Source of the DNA: Geosiphon pyriformis uo1
Lineage: Eukaryota > Fungi > Glomeromycota
Reading direction: 5' to 3'
Length of the DNA stretch: 64,000 nucleotides
NCBI GenBank assembly: GCA_016748015.1
Contig: JAAOMT010000436.1
Span: 300,703-364,702 of the forward strand
Below, in pieces: positions 21,935 to 36,220 of the stretch. Each line of letters begins with the position of its first letter. Position 1 is the first letter of the stretch. The notes beneath the pieces are model-generated. The model saw only the letters and a program-made list of their open reading frames with translations, searched no databases and was not told the DNA's origin. The translations under genes and the position numbers were made by a program.

Positions 21935-24900
21935 ATGGCAGAATCAGAAAGTATAGCAGCAAACCATTTAGAATTCGTGAAATCCTTATTTCAACACTAC
22001 TGTTAACACTTGGGATTGAACCACAATCAAATATCAGCAGAATCAGCCTTCAATTTTTATGTCAATAAAAAAATTGCCTATTTGTTAGGAACACCAGTAA
22101 ACACTAAATCAGCAAAAAAAACTTTTTACCATGAATTAATCCAAAACACCAGCTTACCAACAAATTATAATTTTGCATCCATTATTACTGAAATAATAAA
22201 GAAATTGAACATCACACACAATAAAGATATCCAATTACTTATGCCAATAAAGGCAAAAGAAAATTACAAACACCAGCAGTAACATCTCAATAGATCCAAC
22301 CACCCACTTAGAAAAAACACAGAATTGAATCACCAACAAATCCATCATATCACTATACACTTGGAAGCACTATTAACATCACAGCAATAGGTGCGTTCAC
22401 ATCACATGTGACATTAACCTTTGGACAATTCCCATTTCAGAATAAACAAAGAAAAAAAAATTTTCTAGGACCATACAATGCATATTTCGAAGGATTTAAG
22501 TTACAATCTCCAACACCATCAGGACTTTGATCTCTGCTACCACAACCAAATTTTGGAACCACAAGTCCCTGGGAAGTAATGAATTCAGAAGAAGAACAAG
22601 AAGAAGAGGAAAAAGAATCTGAAGATCAAGAATTTACTTACTAGAACCTGATTCCAAAAAACCCAAACATTGAAACTCTGAATTTTTAGACTTAGCAAAA
22701 TCCAAATTTAGAAAATCCAGAAATTGAGACTCCAAATTTCCAAACACAACACAATTAGAACAATCGCAACTCTGACATCAATAATCAACAACACTTACCT
22801 CCAGTAATTGTGATTAATCCAGCTCTACCAATTGACAAACAGCAACAGCAGCTACTTCAACCACCTCAACAACCACAGCAGCAACAACAACTGCAACAAC
22901 CAAACATTGATCCAATGGCCTACGCTCCGATAGTGAAACTTGAGAAATTCACTGGCAAAGAAAACAATGCCCAAGTGTGGCTAAGTGATGTAGAGAAAGT
23001 CATCATAGCCAATGGCTGGAATAATGCCAGAGCCATGCAGGCCATTTTTTACTTTCTCCAAGATACCGCTAATTCATGGTATCAAAGCTTGGCTAACAAA
23101 CCTGAAGATTTTGCTGTATTCAAGTTTGCATTCCTACAATACTTCAGCAACAATAATAGTATTAATCGGCTAGCAAACACTTTTACCACTATTAAACAAG
23201 GAGAAAATGAAGCAGTCACTACTTACCTAAGATGCTTCCATAGGAATTTGCACCAGATTCAAGTAATCCAGGCTGACTATTTTACAGCACCCCAAATCTT
23301 AAACCAATTTATTAAAGGCCTGTGCAGTAGCATCCTCCAATGCATATGTCCAATGCATCCAGTAGATCTTCAAGCTACAGTTACCAACGCCCAAGATTTT
23401 GAAGCAGCTGAACTCAAAGCTAACCATGCCCAAGCCATTAATCTAGTGATGAATAGATTATCTGAATTGAATTCCAAATTAAAACAATTCAGTAATTCCA
23501 TCAATCAGAAATTAGAGGAATACTTAGCTGACAATCATGCAATTTATCAACCACCCCAATAATACAATAATTTAGGAATCACAAATTGTCCACAAAATCA
23601 GTCGCATTCCTCATTATTATCCAATCAGCTGTGGCAGCAAGAAACATGTATCTGCCACTACTGTGATAAACAAAAACATTTGAGAATTGATTGTTGGTTA
23701 AGAATAGAAAACTCACAATTGGGAAATCAATATTGAAATTCCAATCACAGGTTTCCAATTCCAAGTTATCAATCAAGCTCAACAACATATTAACTGACTT
23801 ATTTGCTAATGACACAACAGCCAATATATCAACCATCTGTATATCAACCTCCAGTTTATCAACTGCAGCCACCAATAATATATCAACTGCCACAGCCACA
23901 AATAATTTATCAAACACCTGCAGTTCAAACACCACCATCAAACCCAGCTCAAATAACATCAGGGAACTCTAGATCGAGAGTCATCCAAAATTAGAAATTG
24001 GTGATAGTTGTTCACTAACTGATTCCCAGTTCATCCAACCAGCTGTCCGAATTATAACAGCAGAGTTCAGGAACTGAGTACACTCAAAACCCAAGTTCCT
24101 AGAACTATTTAAGTCTTCTGGTTACCCCAGAAGGTGTCTTACCCAACAACTGGGAACCCAAACAGAAGCAACCACTTACCAATATTCCACCAGCCACTGT
24201 CATAGAAAATGAGTCTTTAGCAGCTATATTTCTTTTCGAAATCGAGGAACTGACAGAAACTCTGTTGTTCAGTAGAGCCCCACTCGAGGAAAAATCTATC
24301 ATAGTGATGTATATGAATGCCAAAATTGATGGTCAGTTTATCAAACTGATCCTAGATAGTGGATCAGCTGACAGCATCATTACAAGATAGCTCATGGACC
24401 AATTAGGTCACCGAGTTGATCAAGCTGCCAGTACAAGAATAATTACCACTGATGGAGCCACCAAGACACCAATTAGTAAAATAGATGCTCTATCCATTAA
24501 AGTTAATGGCATCATTGTACTAATCAAGGTATTAGTCATAGAAGCCACTCAGTACCAAGCACTCATTAACAACAACTGGCTGTTCAAAACTCATACAATG
24601 CTCAATTGGAACACCCAAAAGCTTCAGCTTAGTCAAAATGGTCAATACACACATATACCAGCCACGTGTGGCCACTTCAAACCCATCATCACGCCATTAG
24701 CACCACTCATTGAGTTCAAAAAAGAAAAAGAGAAACTTACTTGGGAAGTGTACCAAATCTCTTGGGCTGACAAAGACCACAATAAGTTGCTGCTGATACT
24801 CTCCTGGGATGACAACAACAAAGAAAAGCAGAAAAAAGAACTTACCTGGAATATTGACCAAGCCTGAGAAACTGATAACGACCAAGACAAATCAGTAAAC

Positions 24901-26969
24901 TGAGAGTGGAAAGAAACAGACAAGGAAAAAGAAAAGAAGAAAGAAAAAAAAACCACCCTAACCAATAGCACTTATAGTTCATATGCTTACACTTCATCAC
25001 AACCATCTAATTATTATTAACCAAAATTAGAGTGTGTTAATTGCAGTAAAAAATTGTCATTAATGGGCACATGCTGTGGCAACGATGAGAAATACTCTAT
25101 GGCAACAAAATTCTATTGCCATTCATGTATCATAGAACACTTTGGACAACCAAAACAACAAGAAAAGTGGAACAACCAACTGTGTCTCGCATGTGGAACT
25201 ATTTTGCCCAATAAAGAAATGTGGAATGACATTTCTAGGCATAAAAAAATGTGTGACAAGATGTGTTAGTATACGATTCTAATTGACAACTAGGTAAGTA
25301 AAAGAATACCAATCAACAATGCCTGGAAAAGAGCATTGTAACAATTGAAAAGATACCCCCACAACAAACATGAACTCTGGAGAATGGTGTATACAAAAGC
25401 AGAAGACATGACCACCAGCAAACTACTGGAAATCAAAAACAACCCTTTATCTCTTCCTAAACCCGAATACATCCAAACCTTCGATGTATTTGGCAACATT
25501 GAAGATAACCCAGAGGAATTTCATGAACATTACCAGTGTTTGGCACCCATTAAGGAAGAACAAGAACAGCATTTAGAGCAGTTGAACACTCAATTATGTC
25601 AATATTACTTAATCCTATGTAACTTTTAGTATTGTAATAAGTATAACCTCATTTACAATCCACCACCATGCATAATCTACACAATCCCAGAAAAAGACAA
25701 ACCAATGAGCAGCTGCATATTGGAATCGGAATCAGTTTTCAATTCCAATTTAAACTCTGACAATAATAACAACAAAAACACCAGTTCTAGCTCAGCTCAA
25801 AACAGCAACAAAAATAACAATGATTTGGATCCCAATTCAAACTCTGAAACATATATTGTCCTCTCTGATCTTACCAAGGAGCAAAAACTGAAATGGTTCA
25901 GTGATAATAATGAAAGTATTATGCCTAAACATGTGCATGATACTGATGCAGGATTTGATCTGAGATATCCAAAGAAAGATCCCATCAAATCAAAACCTCA
26001 TTCATGTACTTGCATTGATCTGAAAATAGTGCTGGAAATTCCAGTAACAACAATGGTTCAATTAGCATCTAGAAGTAGTTTAGCAAAAAGAGAAATCAAC
26101 ATTAAAGGAAGAATAATTGATGCAAAATATGTAGGAAATATCATTGCTATGCTACAAAATGACTCAGAAAAAGCATATACCATAGATCCAAATGAAAAGA
26201 TAGCACAGGCAATATTCTTACCTCTGGTGAAAGTAGCTCAGCTAGTGTCAGTAAAAAACAAGAAAAAATTAGGGATTACTGTTAGAGGGATACAGGGATT
26301 TGAATCAACAGGTAGAATAAATACACTAGTTAATATGGCAGAGAAAAAAATTGTTGACAAAGAAAAAATTATCTCAACTTGTCAAACAATTTCCATTTTG
26401 CCATATGACCAGTATATGTTAGCTATAATAAGAGAAGTAAAGGATCAAGCTCAATTGTTTGAAGCAGAAACCACTATTTGTAAATTAGGAGAGATTGGAC
26501 TTATTAATCTCTATATATCAGCCAAAAGCCCCAAAAATATTAAAATTCTTATCTATAACACAACAGAAGATGTTATTGAGATACCAAAAAAAACCACCAT
26601 CAGATATTTAAGCACTAAAGTTGAAAAACAACCACCAAACCTCATTCCAAACTTTTCACAACTGTGTAAATATGTGGATATTATATTACAAACAATATAT
26701 AAACAAAAAGAATATTATTTGCTTCAATCAAAACAATTAGAACAGATAAACTTGGGAAATTTAGACTCATTACAACATATGCAGCTTAAGATATTATTCA
26801 ACAACTTTAACAACATCTTTGCCAGTAAAAATAAATTTGGCAGAATGAACATCATTTAACATCAAATCAAAACTAAAAATACAATGCCAATTAAACAAAG
26901 AGCATACTGAATACCACCAATAAGCCACAAAATTATATAACAGAAAATAAACTGAATATTAGACAATAG
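21935..26969 (+). pseudogene. B2 polyprotein: Gag(CCHC)-PR-Cys-rich domain-dUTPase-dUTPase-like linker-RT start
   Basis: ORF fragments 22810, 23803, 24394, 25054, 25345, 25705 are all in one frame; CHYCDKQKHLRIDC; LILDSGSA. Confidence 0.92.
25921..26316 (+). pseudogene. dut: dUTPase domain of B2
   Basis: Motifs AGFDL, SRSSLA, IIDAKYVGNI, EKIAQAIF, RGIQGFESTG; also at 8895-9294, 15042-15395, 31855-32250 (minus). Confidence 0.93.
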
Positions 26970-27895
26970 TGTTACAGATGATTATTTCTGCTGTGGAATT
27001 AAATAACAAATCTGTAACTTGGTGCTCAAAAGCTATCTTGATTTCTGTTAATGTTGGTATTGATAATCTGAAGGTTTTGATATCTGAAAGTTTTGATATC
27101 TGAAGGTTTTGGGTTGAGTTTTTTGTATAATAGATAGAGATTTAATTGTAATTGTAATAGTCTTCGGAATTGCAATTCCGTCCAATTTTTTTTTCAGCAT
27201 GGAGGCCGGATTTATTCTGGCAGTTGTGCCCTTCTGGTAAGCTATTCAATAATATATAAAATTCTACCCTTATTTCTGGGTCTTTTACCAGGCTATCCAT
27301 GATGTCAATAACTCAGTGCTTTTAATTCTTAATCAATTAGTATAAAACAACAAAGCAAAGACAGAAAAAAAAAGAAAAAAAAAAGCAAATAATATGAAAT
27401 AAAGCAAATAAGCCAAGGCGATTCTGATTCATATTTTGTCAATAGCCATAATCAAGAGCTATTGTTCCAGTATAGTTAAGTATCAGTTACTATCAACATA
27501 AAGTATTGATAGTGAAGAAAAAATTTGATATAGTGAATAATTATTTTATTTAAGGATTGTGATAACTAAGTTAAGAATTCTTGGTGTTGATTCTGTCTTT
27601 TCTGCTTCTAATGCTATTGCTATATATACATATTTGAGATTCCTCAATTTCTTAATTCCTCAATTTCTTGCAACAGGAATCCTGAAATTCCTGGAATTCT
27701 GTGATTCTTGATGAGAGGAATCCTGGGATTCTGGAATTCTGCAATTTCTTGTCAGAGAATCCTGAAATTCTTGGAATCCTGCAATTTTTCTGAGAAGAAT
27801 CTTGGAATTTCACATTTACTATATCTACATCCCATTGGTTAATATCTACTGACTAATAATAATAATACTATATTTTCTATATTCTATAAGTAACA
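26970..27895 (-). repeat. 3' LTR of B3
   Basis: TGTTAC..GTAACA ends; adjacent PPT AAAAGGAGGAAATAA on the minus strand. Confidence 0.95.
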
Positions 27896-27908
27896 TTATT
27901 TCCTCCTT

Positions 27909-28568
27909 TTAATATTGAGCTCTGTCGAAATCTAATTCTTTTAATTCTCCCTCTTAAAGTATTTTCTGAATTTCATTTTTGAGAATTACTTGTGTTATTT
28001 GAGTCTGTAATTCTTCAAATTGAGCATTGGTGATTTTTCCCAATTGATTACTGGTAACCATATCCATTGCTTTGTTGAGTAGAATTTCTAGTCAATCCTG
28101 AAATACTGTGTGTATCCGGTATATAGCTTGAGCTTGTGTGGATAAGTTGTTTTTTCCCACAAAATGTTCTAGTTGTTGTAGTATTGTTGTGTCGAATAAC
28201 TGCTTTGTTTTATCCGTATATAAGTTCTGGATATTCACGTGTTGTCCCAAGTAAAAATAACAATAATTTTTTGGAAATTGTTGTGTCTACCAAGTCCAAG
28301 TTTCTCTGGTAAGTTCTTGGTGTAATCCGACTATTTGTTGTTCTTTTATGGCCAATTTTATCTTGGTCATAATCTTGTTAACAACATTTTCAAGTCTTTT
28401 CTATGCTTTGTTTTGTGGTATCTTTGCTGTATTTTTGTAATAAATGGTTTGTTGATTGATTGTAATTTCCATCTCCTGGTGTTGAATTAATTGAAAAATT
28501 TGTTGGGTTAGTGAATAGATATTGTCCGTAATTTCCATTTTTCTGATCTCTTTTGTCACATTGATCAT
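27909..28568 (-). pseudogene. Accessory ORF3 of B3 (~210-219 aa)
   Basis: Frame preserved over 660 nt from MINVTKEIRKMEITD to ELDFDRAQY*; internal stops explicable by C>T/G>A; homologue at 39830-40461. Confidence 0.8.
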
Positions 28569-28591
28569 ATTCTTATATATTCTTTTGTCAA

Positions 28592-29963
28592 TCAATTGGA
28601 CATGTTGTTGTCAATTATAATAATTGGTTCCAGATCTTATGGAATCTCATCTGATTGGACTAGTATTCCTTATACTCCTAATTGTGGAATATTATTGGTG
28701 GATGATAATGCTATATGGTGGTATAATTTCAATCAATTTCTATGTGCTGCTTTGGTCAAGATTTTGTTATTCAATCTTAATTTGTAAGCTCTATTTCTTA
28801 GAATTTCTTCTATGTGAAATGGTCTGTTCTATTTGGAATCAAATTTTCCACTCCATTGTTTTTCCATTTTGGTACAATGTAGTAGTACTTTGTTTCTAAT
28901 CCTGAATTCAACTGGTTTATCTGGTAGTTGGTTATCATGTCTTTCTTTTTGTTTCTCTTGTGATCTTTGTATGTTATCAGCTGCTCTTCGTTGTTTGTTT
29001 TCTAATGTTTTCATTAAGTCATATGTTCTTTTCAACAATGTGTTTTTAAAATTTTCTTCTGTTATTGGTTTGGTTGGGTATGTGCTGACTTCTATTTCCA
29101 CTGGTAGTGTTGCTGTTCTACCATATATTAATTCAAATGGTGTTGCTTGTGTAGTATCTTGCTTTATTGTCCAATAAGCAAATAGTACTGATGGTATCAA
29201 CAAATCCCAATCATTCTGGTTTTCTTGGCTGAGTTTAACTATTGCTTTACACAATGTTCTGTTGAATCTTTTAACTAATCTATTGGTTTGTGGATGGTAT
29301 GGTGATGATAGTGGTCTCTTAATTCCAAATTTTTAGCTCAATTCTGTTCACAAAATAAGTTTCTTGGTCTGATAATAATTCCTTTGAACATCCATGTTGA
29401 CAAATTAAATCTTAATGAACAAATTCGGCAACGGATTCTGCATCCACTCTTTGAATTGCTTTTGCCTTTGGCCATTTAGTGAGATAGTCCATGGCTACTG
29501 CTATGTACCTGTTTTCTCCGCTGGTAATTGTTAATGGTCTGACTAAATCAATTCCAATACAGTTGAATGGTTGTCCCACTTTGATTGGTCTTAATGGTTC
29601 ACTGGGTTTTGTATCTCTTCTTTGCTGACAAGCATCACAATTTTGAACATATTGGATGATGTTTGGATACATTGATGGCCAATAGTATCTTTTTCTGGTT
29701 CTTTCCATGGTTGCTTCTTTGTAAAAGTGTCCTGCTGTTGGATTTGAGTGCATGTTGAATAATATTGTCTCTTTTTCTGGCTCTGTAATTACTCTGGTTG
29801 GTTGCTCTAGATCTCTTCTATTTTTCTGATACAGTATATTTTGGTGAGTGATAAAATATTTTGATTGTTGTTTGATACTCTTTCGTTCTGTTTGAGATAA
29901 ATTCTCCTTGAACTGTTGAGTGTTTATATAATGTTAAAGTTGTTGATATTTTTGTATGTTCAT
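28592..29963 (-). pseudogene. Integrase of B3, separate ORF
   Basis: Own ATG (MNIQKYQ); MHSNPTAGHF..RYYWP..CDAC; IGIDL; ends LEPIIIIDNNMSN*. Confidence 0.9.
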
Positions 29964-30024
29964 TTTTTGTTATATTTTCGTTGGTATTGTTCTGGTTTTG
30001 TTATATTTTTGGGTTAAAATGTTC

Positions 30025-33000
30025 TTAGATTTGTCTCATTCGCAACAAACCATCAGCATTTCCATTGTTTTTTCCTTTTTTATAATGTATAGTATAATTA
30101 TATAGTGCAAGTGCCATTTTCCATCTTGACTGTCTTCCATCTCCAAATTCTTGTTTTTGAAGTGATGTTAGTTCTTTGTGATCTGTGTATACTTCAAACT
30201 TCTGGCTCAAGTATTTTTTCTATTTCATGACTGCCCAGTATATCACTAAGTGTTCTTGTTCTGGTGTTCCATAGTTTTTTTTGGCTGGTGTTAAACCTCT
30301 GCTGGTATATGCTACTGGATGTTCTCTGCTGTCTGGTCCTCTCTGAGATAATACTGCTCCCAATGCTTGGCTGGATGCATCAGTGGTGATGATGAATGGT
30401 TTGCTGTAATCTGGATAGATCAGTACTGGAGCTTGAATGAGCTTTCTTTTCAGAATATCAAAAGCTTTTTGTTGACTTTCTGTCTATTCATATTTTGTAT
30501 TCTTGGTTTGCAGTTGGTTGAGTGGCTGCATTATTTTGAAAAAGTTTTTGATAAAATGCTGATCATAGCTGGTGAATCCCAAGAATGATTTCAGTTCTGT
30601 CATATTGGCCAGCACTAGAGAGTTTTTTACTATCTCTATTTTCTCTGGGTTCATTTTGATGCCATCTTTGCTGACTATGTGTTTCAAGAATTTTAGTTCT
30701 GTCTTGCCAAAAAAGTACTTTGTTGCATTTAACTTTAGTCCTGCTCTTCTTAGTCTTTCAAACACTTGTTGAAGATAATGAAGATGATCATCAAATGTTT
30801 TTGAGAATACATTGGTGTTGTCCAAGTATACAACTACTGATTTCCACAATAAGCCAATATAAACAATTTCCATTAACCATTGGAAAGTTGCTGGAGCATT
30901 GGTTAAGCCGAATGGCATTACTTTAAATTCAAAATTCCCTTCCCTTGTGGTAAATGCTATTTTCTCTTTGTTGGCTGGATCCATGGCTATTTGCCAGTAA
31001 CTACTGTCCAGGTCTAATGTTAAAAACCATTTGTTTCCACCGAAAGCATCAAATAATTCTTGGATCCGTAGAGTGGGATAGCTATCTCCACGAGTTACTC
31101 TATTGAGTTTTTTATAATCTACACAAAAGCAAATTTTTCTATTCTTTTTCCAGACAAGTACTACTGGTGATGATCATGGGTTCATTGATAGCTGAATTAG
31201 CCCATTGTCAAGCATTCAGTTTATTTCTTAACAGATAATCTCGTGGTTAGCTGGTGGTACTCTGTATGCTCTTTGTTTAATTGGCATTGTATCTCCAGTC
31301 TTGATCTGATGTTGAATGATGTCAGTTCGGCCAAACTTGTTTTTGCTGGCAAAGATGTCATTGAAATTGTTGAGCAACATCTTAAGTTGCATATATTGGA
31401 GTAGATCTAAGTTTTCCATGTTCATTTGTTTCAACTGTTCTGGTTGGAGTAAATAACATTCACTTCGTCCATATATTGTTTGTGATGTAATATCGACATA
31501 TTCACAAAGCTGTGGAAAGTCTGGAATGGTGCTTAGTAGTTAATTCTCTATTTCTGTGGTCAAATATCCAATGATGGTTTCTTCCAGTATATTGACAACA
31601 TTTTCAGTGTTGTTGTAGATGGAAATTTTGATGTGGTTATAGTTTTTGGCTGGTATGTGGAAATTGATGAGTCCAACTTCTCCTGATTCACAAAGACTTG
31701 CTTTTGCTTCAAAAATTTGTGCTTGGTCTTTTTGCTTCCTCTCTATTGTTATTATGTACTGGTCATATGATGGAATGGAAATTGCTTAACCAGTTGAGAT
31801 AATTTCTCCTTGGCCAACAATTTTTTTTTCTGTCATATTGACTGGCACATCTATTCTACCTGTTGATCTGAATTCTTGTATTCCTCTCACTGTTATTCCT
31901 AATTCCTTCTTCTTTCCCACTAATACTAACTGTGCTACTCTAACCAGAGGCAGGAATATTGCCTGTGCTATCTTTTCGTTGGACTCTATTATATAGGCCT
32001 TTTCTGAGTCATTTTGTAGCATAGTGATGATATTTTTTATATATTCCGCGTTAATTATTCCTCCTCTTATATTAATCTCTCTTTTCGCTAAACTACTCCT
32101 AAATGCTAATTGAACTATTGTTGTTGCTGGAATTTCCAGCACTATTTTTAAATTAAGGCAGATGCGTAAATGTGGTTTCAATTTGATGGCATCTTTTCCT
32201 GGATACTTCAGATCAAATCCTGCATCAGTATCATGTGCTCATTCTGACATGATATCTTTGTTGTTATTACTAAACCATTTAAGTTTTTGGTTTTTGGTGA
32301 GGTCAGGGAGTGTGATATATTGTTCGGGGTCTGAATTGGAGTTTGAATTTGAGTTTATACTATTGTCATTGTTATTGCCATCTTGACCAAAGCTTGAACC
32401 GTTGTTATTATCATTGTTGTCGGAGTTTAAAGCACGATTGGTCAGTGATTTTGATTCTGATGCACAGCTGCTGATTGGTTCTTCTTTCTCTGGGATCGTG
32501 TAGATTATGTGTGATGGTGGATTGTAGATAAGATCATACTCATCACAATACTGGAAGTCATAGAAAATTAGGCAGTGTTGACATAGTCGAGCATTCAACT
32601 GCTCTAACCATTGTTCTTGTTCTTCCCTGGTGGGTGCTAATTCTTGGTAGTGTTCATGAAACTGTTTTGGATCCAGGAGATTTATGATGAGTTCTGCATC
32701 CCAGTCAAGCTCTAGAGATTCTGGGGGGTTGTTTTTGATTGTTTTTATTTCCTCAGGTGATGCTTCTTTGATTTTGGCGAGTGCCATTTGCCAAATTTTG
32801 TCATTGTTGTATGAGTAACCATCCAGGCACTGAACAGCTCTTTTTCAGGTGGCTTCGATGAGTGTTCTTTTTTGTATCCAGTTGTTGATGAGAATCGTGT
32901 ATTGACATGACTCGTTACATGTTCCTCTTTTCCCAGGAATGTCATTCCACATTTCTTCATTAAGAAGGGTGTTTCCACATGCTAGGCAATGTTCACCATC

Positions 33001-36000
33001 CTACTTTCCCTTTTGTTTTGGTCGTCAATCGCGTTTGATAATGCATGAGCGACAATAATATTTGGTTGCTGTGAACCATTCTTCATCTTTGTTGTAACAC
33101 ATGGCCATTAACAACAATTTCTTGCTGCAATCGATGCACACTAGCTTGGATCAATGATATTGAGCTGGTGGTTGGTAGGTGTATGGGACATAAGTTAATT
33201 CATTGGCTAATGTTAGCTCTTCTTCTCGTTCCTTCTCTTTTTCTTTTTCTTTCCAACTCCATTTAGTGGTTGGTTCACTCTGGCTGTTGTCACTCTATGC
33301 TCCTAGGTTTGGCTCCCAGGCAAGTTTTTTTTTTTTCTTCTTCTTTCTCTTGTCATCCCATGAGAGTATGAGTGGTAGTTTGTTGTGGTCGACATCGGCC
33401 CAGGAGACTTGATAAGCTTTCCAGGTAGGTTTCTCTTTCTCCTTCTTCAGTTCAATCAATAGTTTCTCTCTTGGAGGAGTCTTAAAGTGGCCACACATAG
33501 CTGGTACACATATGTGTTGGCCCTGATATGTTAGCTGGAGTTCCTGGATGTTCTAGTCTAATGTCACATTGACTTGAGATAGCCAGTTATTACCAATGAG
33601 AGCTTGGTATTGGGTGGCTTCCATCACTAAAACTTTAATGGAAGTTATGATGCCATTGATTTTGAAAGGGAAGTCATCGATTTCACTGATTGGAGTTTTG
33701 GTTGCTCTATCAGTGATGATAATTTTGGCACTGGCAGCTTGGTCAACTTGGCAACCTAATTGATCCATGAGTTGTCATGTGATGATGCTACCTGCTGAAC
33801 TGCTGTCAAGGATCAATTTAATGGATTGTCCCTCGACTTTGGTATAAGTGTACATCGTGATGATTAGTTTGGCTTCAAGAGTAGCTTCACTAAATAATAG
33901 CATTGCAGTTGTTTCCTTGAATTCGAATGGGAAGATAACAGCCAAAGACTTGTCTTCAGAAATGGTAGCAAGTGGAATATTACTGGTGAGTGATTGTTTT
34001 TGGGCGAATCCTGGATTATTGGCTGAGACATCTTTTGGGGTGACCAGGAGACTTAAATAGTTCTGGAAATTTGAGTTCTGGGGTTGACCAGTACCCGAAT
34101 TCTGCTGGCATAATCCAGATGGTTGCTGTGAAAAACTGGGGATCAGTTGATGAACCACCATCACCAATCTCCAGCTCTGTTGAGTCATTTTTGGTTTTTG
34201 TGTTCCATTGGGTGGTAAGTTTTGGGGCAGTGTTTGAATTTGTTGAGGTTGATATATTATTTGCAGCTGTGGTTGTTAATAAATTACTTGTGGCTGCAGT
34301 TAATAAATTGGAGCTTGATATACTGGTGGTTAATACATTGATTGCTGCATTATTGGTGCATAATGAGGTAAGTGTTGGTATTGTTCTTGATGTTGCTGGG
34401 AACTTGAAGCTGGAAACCAGCAATTGGGGTTTCGATATTAATTTTCTGATTGTTGGTTATTTAAACACTGGCAGCAATCGATTTGTATGTGTTCTTGTCT
34501 ACCACAATAGTGACAAACATGCATTTCTTGTTGCCACTGTTGATTGGCTGGAAATGATGGACATGGCTAATTTTGAATGTGATTGGAGTTTCCTGGATTG
34601 TTGTATCATTGTGGCAGTTGATAGATTGCTTGGTTGTCAACTAAGTAGTCCTCTAATTTCTGATTGATGTTGTCACTGAATTGTTTTAGCTTGGAATCCA
34701 GGTTAGATGATCCATTCATTACTAAATTCACAGCTTGGGCATGGTTAGCTTCTAACTTGGCGGCTTCAAAATCTCTGACATGAGTCATGGCAGTTGAGAG
34801 ATCAACTGAATGCATTGAATGTACTTGCTAGAGGATACTACTATGCAATTCTCGGATGAATTGGTTCAAGATCTGTGATGCTGTAAAGTAGTCAGTTTGG
34901 ATTGCCTGAATTTGGCACAGATTTCTATGGAAGTGTTCCAAGTAAGTGGTGACCACTTCTGTGTCTCCTTGTTTGATGATGGTGAAAGTACTTGTCAAGC
35001 AGTTGATGCTGTTGTTATCACTAAAATACCTCTAATTTGAAGACATTAAAGTTTTAAGGTTTCTGGGCTAGACTGTGATACCAAGAGTCTGCCATGTCTT
35101 TGAGAAAATAGGGGATGACTTGCATGATTCTGGCATCATCCCAGTTATTAGCAGTAATTGCTTTGGCAACATCATTGATCCAGGCTTGAGCATTGTCTTC
35201 TTCGCCAGTGAATTTCTCGAGTTTGGTTATTGGTGCATATGCCATTGGATCTAAGTTGGGTTGTGGTGGTTGTTGAAGTGATACTAGTGGCTGTTGAATC
35301 TGCTGGTGTGAGTGTTGTGGTGGCTGGCCAATTGGTTCAACTAGTGGTGAGTTAATGATGATAACGGGAGGTAAGTCTGGTTGATTAATTAGATTGGGGT
35401 TTTAATTGTTCTGATTTGGTGGTGGTTGAATATTCGGAGTTTCGATTTCTGGGTTTTCTAAATTTAGATTTTGCTGAGTTTGAAGATTTGGTGTTTCAAC
35501 TTCCGGGTTTTCAATAATCGGGTTCTGGTAAGTAAATTCTTGATCTTCCAATTCTTCTTCCTCTTCTTCTTTAGATAGTTCTTATGGGGTAGTGGTTCCG
35601 AAGTCCAGTTGAGGCAGCGGTGATCAAATTTCTAATGGTGTTGGTGATCACGATTTAAATCCTTTAAAGTATTTGCCATATGGTCCTAATAATTCTGTTT
35701 TTCTTTGTTTACTTTGGAATGGGAATTGTCTAAATGTTGATGTCACGTTTGATGTGGATGCGCCTGTTGATAAAATGTTGATGGCACTTCTGGGTGTATA
35801 GTGATAAGATGGATTGGTTGGAGATTCAACCTTTGTTTTCTTCCAAGTAAGTGGTTGTATCTTTTTAAGTGTTACTGCTGGTGTTTGTAGTTTTCCTTTG
35901 TCTTTACTAGTGTATGTAATTGGATATTTTTGTTGGGTGTGATGTTCAATTTCTTTGTTGATCTTAGTGATAATGGATGTGAAGTTATGATTTGTTGGTA

Positions 36001-36220
36001 GGTTGGTGTTTTGAATTAATTCTCTATAGAAAGTTTCTCTTGCTGATTCAGTATTCACTGGTGTTCCTAACAAAAAAAAAATCTTTTTGTTGACATAGAA
36101 ATTGAAGGCTAATTTGGTGGATATATAATTGTGGTTTAATCCCAAGTATTGACAATAGTGTTGAAATAAGAATTTTGCGAATCCTAAATGGTTTGCTCCT
36201 ATATTTTCTAATTCTGCTAC
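30025..36220 (-). pseudogene. B3 Gag-PR-Cys-dUTPase-RT-RNase H polyprotein
   Basis: Gag MAYAPITKLEKFTGEED, LILDSSSAGS, dUTPase, VMPFGLTNAPATF, YLDN(D), ends NADGLLRMRQI*. Confidence 0.93.

Noticed and set aside
23992-23994. TAG shared by B1 and B2 as a gag read-through stop
   Set aside because: B3 has TGG at this codon; recurrent G>A decay is sufficient
27255-27300. Twister or hammerhead ribozyme in the B LTR
   Set aside because: Only superficial resemblance; core pairings and the CUGANGA/GAAA core not found
27909-28568. ORF3 as an envelope gene
   Set aside because: Too short; no signal peptide, TM helix or evident furin site
34016-34423. Recurring Ser/Thr-rich ORF (also 10957-11355, 23691-23972) as an overlapping gene
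   Set aside because: Alternative frame of the YQPP-rich gag linker; low complexity explains the lack of stops
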